From the NCBI RefSeq assembly GCF_016432865.1, contig NC_067399.1, positions 251,534,001 through 251,598,000 on the forward strand: a DNA stretch of 64,000 nucleotides. The letters run 5' to 3'. Numbering within the stretch: position 1 is the first letter of the stretch; the number at the start of each line of letters is the position of its first letter. Positions 60,815-64,000 of the stretch are shown one piece after another. The notes beneath the pieces were generated by a model. It was given only the letters and a program-made list of their open reading frames with translations. It had not been told where the DNA came from and made no database searches. Origin of the DNA: Antechinus flavipes. Taxonomy: Eukaryota. Made by a program: the position numbers and the translations under genes.

Positions 60815-60990
60815 AATACTCACTTGTTATGTGACCTTGGGCAAGTCACTTAATCCTGTTTGCCTCAGTTTCCTCATCTGCAAAATGAGCCAGAGAAGGA
60901 AATGGCAAACTGATCCAGTATCTTTTCCAAGAAAACTCCAAATGAGATTAAGAAGAGTCAGACATGGCTGAAACAACTGAGCAAAAACAG
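60815..60990 (+). mobile_element. MAR1-type CORE-SINE 3' part
   Basis: CORE and RTE tail ending CTGAGCAAAAAC. Confidence 0.8.
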
Positions 60991-61179
60991 CAGTAGTAAT
61001 GGTGGCAGTAGTGGTGGTGGTAGTAGTAGTAATGATAGTTCACATCTCAGTAATTTACAAAATACTTTTCTCTTGACAGCCCAGTGAGTCAGATAGTATT
61101 AGTATTATTAGCCTCATTTTAGAAGAATAGATTGAGGTTTAAAGAGGCAAGGAAAGCTGTTCATGATCATACAATGTTC

Positions 61180-61470
61180 TCCTTTCTCATCTCTTCCTCC
61201 TGGTTTCCTGGCTTCCTTCAAGTCCCCACTAAACTCTGATTTTCTCCAAGAAGCCTTTCGCAGCCTCTCTTAATTCTAACAGTCTTCTCTCTGTTAATTA
61301 TTTCCTACTTATTCTATATGTAGTTTATATGTATGTTTGCTTTTTATCTCCCCTCCCCCCACCCAAAAAATTGTGAGATCCTTGAGGACAGGAACTGTCT
61401 TTTGCCTCTTTTTGTTTCTCTTTTGTGTTTCCTAGCACATAGTAGATGCTCAATGGGTGTTTATTAACTG
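61180..61470 (+). mobile_element. L2 3' end
   Basis: CCTGGCTTCCTTCAAGTCCC...GAGATCCTTGAGGACAGGAACTGTCTTTTGCC..CCTAGCACATAGTAG. Confidence 0.8.
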
Positions 61471-61800
61471 AATAATTAATAAACATAAGAGTAGGGTTTC
61501 TGAATCCAAGTCCAGGTGTTTTCTTTCTTTCTTTTCTTTTTTTATTACTCTACATTACCTTGCAACTTTAATCTCTATTTCTTGGAGGAGAAGTTCCAGA
61601 ACTTCTTGTGGAAGAAGTTTCCTCAAATAAAAATATTAAATTCTACATGTGATGTGTGGAAGATATATCCTACCCAGAGCACAAAAGCTGTGTATAACTT
61701 AGTGTGGGGGGCAAGTGTATTCTTGAAGTCTCAGGTGTGAACCCATCACTGGACGTCTTATGACAACCACCGTCTTCTGTTAAGCGTTTGAGTGAAAAGG

Positions 61801-61819
61801 GAATGCCATCTAGTGGGGA
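61801..61819 (-). promoter_or_regulatory. CTCF motif
   Basis: Minus strand TCCCCACTAGATGGCATTC; core CCACTAGATGGCA fits CCACYAGRKGGCR with no mismatch; lies in unique, CpG-retaining DNA. Confidence 0.6.
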
Positions 61820-63184
61820 AATGGTGAATCATCCAGTTGTGGAGCCCTGAGATTCCTCTGGAGTTGGCCTAATTCAGATCCCACAAAACAGTGGCAGCCT
61901 GAGGGGATTGTCCGTCTTGGCCCCAGCACCTGAGGCTTTCAAGAGTGGGAGGAGACGAGGCGTTGGGAGACTAATCTTTTACATAAAGCTAGCTCTGAGA
62001 AGCTCAGTCTGAGCTTGCATCAGACCCATGAAAATGGAATCAGCCAGAGAATCAAGTTAAATGGTTTGGAAAATGTTGATCTCCCCCTACTTGAAGACGT
62101 GTTTTTTATTTGCTTTTCCTCTAATGGGGAAAAAGCAGGAAAAGGAAAGCAGGATTGACTTCTTAAAGCTGAGATCCCTGAGGGCATAACTTAAATGGTA
62201 GGGGATTTACTGGGCCATTATCCTAGGGCCTTCTGGAAAGTGACCCTTCTAATTTATTCCAGGGGGCAACAGAATCTCATCTCAGGCAGGTACAGAAATC
62301 CCATCTGGGCCTTTTCCCCATGACTGGCACAGGTAAAAAGTTTCCGCTTGTTAATTCACTTTAAATAATGAGACGGAGCTGAACAAGATTTCTACACTTT
62401 CTACTTCTTGGCCTCTTTGGGGCCTGAAATGCATTTTTATGCCCTGGGAAATGGCCCAGAAAAAAAAAAATAAAAAACAAACTGGCACTGCACTGAAACT
62501 CATTGCGTTTTTAAGGTTAAAATATGATGATTCAAGAACAAATGCCATCCGCATTCAAAAATCCACATTTTGGATACAAAAGCAAAACAGCCATTCAGCT
62601 CATTATAAAAAAAAAGGGGGCTACACTTGGAAAGTTGCCAGGACAGCAGGAGAGAAAATGAGGATTTTCTTCCCTGGTGAAGCACACCAGCTCATCCCCT
62701 TCAGGGGTTCTTAATTCCTTGTCATTCAAAGGGAGAGTTCCTTGGGCTCCCTGCAGATAGTCCCTCTCCCTTCCCATCCCCAACTCTTGGTCCTTGCTGA
62801 CTTTTCTTGATTCCACTGTCAGGCTGCTCACCCCCAAGGAGAATGTTCTAGCCTAGCAGGAAGTAAGAAAGATTATAGCAGATCTGTGAGGATGGGAGAT
62901 TGTCGTTGGTAAGAAAGAAATGAATTTGCTTCTCCTTCTGAGATGACAGGCCTGTCTCTAGGGCAACAGTAACTTCTCAGTTACTTTAGTGCCCAAGTCC
63001 AGGCTTTTACCAGGTTTGTTTTCATCAGTTTGATTTTGGCAAGGAAAGACTTAGGGAGGGGGACTAAAGAAGAAATTAAAGAGGATAAAATCAGAAAAAC
63101 ATACTGAGAAATAATAAATCTGAGAAAGAAATCTACAAGGCAAGATAGTGGCTCCTCTGCCTCTGACTCCAAAACCATCTCCTT

Positions 63185-63365
63185 TTTTACAATAAAATTT
63201 TATTGTTGTAGTTTGTTTTTATAACATCTATTATTTCCCAATGTATTACCACCCCCTCCCTCTCCCAGAAAACTAACCTTTATAATCAAAGTATAAAAAG
63301 GGAAGAGGAAAGTACAACAGATTAATAAATCTGTTCCAGAAAGTCTGATATTTGTAGTGTTTTGG
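63185..63365 (-). mobile_element. Old L1/HAL1 3' end
   Basis: AATAAAATTTTATTG...CCCCTCCCTCTCCCAGA 3'UTR signature. Confidence 0.55.
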
Positions 63366-63384
63366 AAGGCTCTTTTTCAATTTA

Positions 63385-63520
63385 ATTCAATTCAATAAAC
63401 ATTTATTAAGTGCCTACTATGTGCCAGGCACTGTGCTAAGTGCTGAAGATATTTTTAAAAAGGACAATCATTGCCCTCTAGGAGTTTACAATCTAAAGTG
63501 GGGATACAATAAAAAGAAGC
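63385..63520 (-). mobile_element. L2 3' end
   Basis: TTCAATTCAATAAACATTTATTAAGTGCCTACTATGTGCCAGGCACTGTGCTAAG. Confidence 0.82.
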
Positions 63521-63599
63521 TGAAAAAGTGGGGGCTTCTGAAGGGATGTTAAAACCAAGCAGAACTCCTCATGGAAAATGGAGTTATCTGGAAAGATCT

Positions 63600-63860
63600 G
63601 TTGTTCTTCCTTCCTTCTGAAGAGGACCATGACATAGAGAAAGGCATTGTCCTGACCAGCAAGTGATTTGGATTTAAGTGAGGCAGGGTTGCTCAGAGTC
63701 TGCTCTTGAAGGCTTTATTGCTCCACCCTCCAGCCCTTCAATCAGATGGAAGAAACTTTGAATACCAAAAACTAAGTCAATCAATTTGATGAGATTTCAG
63801 GTGATCAGCTTATCTAAGGGGAGAGTGACATTTCTTTGATTTGAAACTAAGCAGAACCAC
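63600..63860 (+). mobile_element. Marsupial RTE-associated SINE-like repeat (WALLSI-type)
   Basis: GAAGAGGACCATGACAT...GTGATTTGGATTTAAGTGAGG. Confidence 0.55.
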
Positions 63861-64000
63861 TAGTGAAAAAAGTGGAAAATTCATATTTCTTCTATGGGTG
63901 ACAGGATTTTGCATTATTCACTTCTAATTACTTTGTTGTTATTATTCTTCCAGGGTGCTGGGTGGACAGAGATATAATGAAGGAAAAGATAGGAGGGATA

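Noticed and set aside
63921-63980. Acceptor-like TTCTTCCAG near the window end as next CDH4 exon
   Set aside because: Reads GAGWTEI* rather than FAGEVPEN; not the next exon.

Overview
AT-rich, CpG-poor mammalian genomic DNA with a marsupial repeat complement (MAR1-type CORE-SINEs with RTE tails, WALLSI-like elements, MIR/MIR3, L2, L3, RTE, marsupial L1). A dasyurid source is my inference only. The whole window appears to lie inside CDH4 (R-cadherin, + strand). I found one host coding exon, 138 nt at 58886-59023 ([46 protein letters not shown], equivalent to exon 8), which the ORF track misses; the rest is intron. The dominant insertion is a young full-length 6412-bp L1 (36287-42698, - strand, antisense to CDH4). 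It has a perfect 15-bp TSD, an intact ORF1, a 521-bp inter-ORF spacer, and an ORF2 broken only by one extra base in an A10 homopolymer (1276 aa if removed). Other TSD-flanked L1-mediated insertions are a 428-bp mRNA 3'UTR retrocopy and a 140-bp polyadenylated LTR-like fragment. Also present: a HAL1-like deleted L1, a three-level nested insertion, a local 210-bp duplication, a solo LTR, a strong CTCF motif, a CpG/CCAAT patch behind the exon, and two speculative CDH4 microexons (a 9-nt in-frame one is the most interesting host-gene hypothesis). No RNA genes, CRISPR arrays or prokaryotic systems were seen, and I cannot demonstrate a new biological system from sequence alone. Old-repeat boundaries are by eye (about +/-30-50 bp) and family names are from recall, not from a database search.
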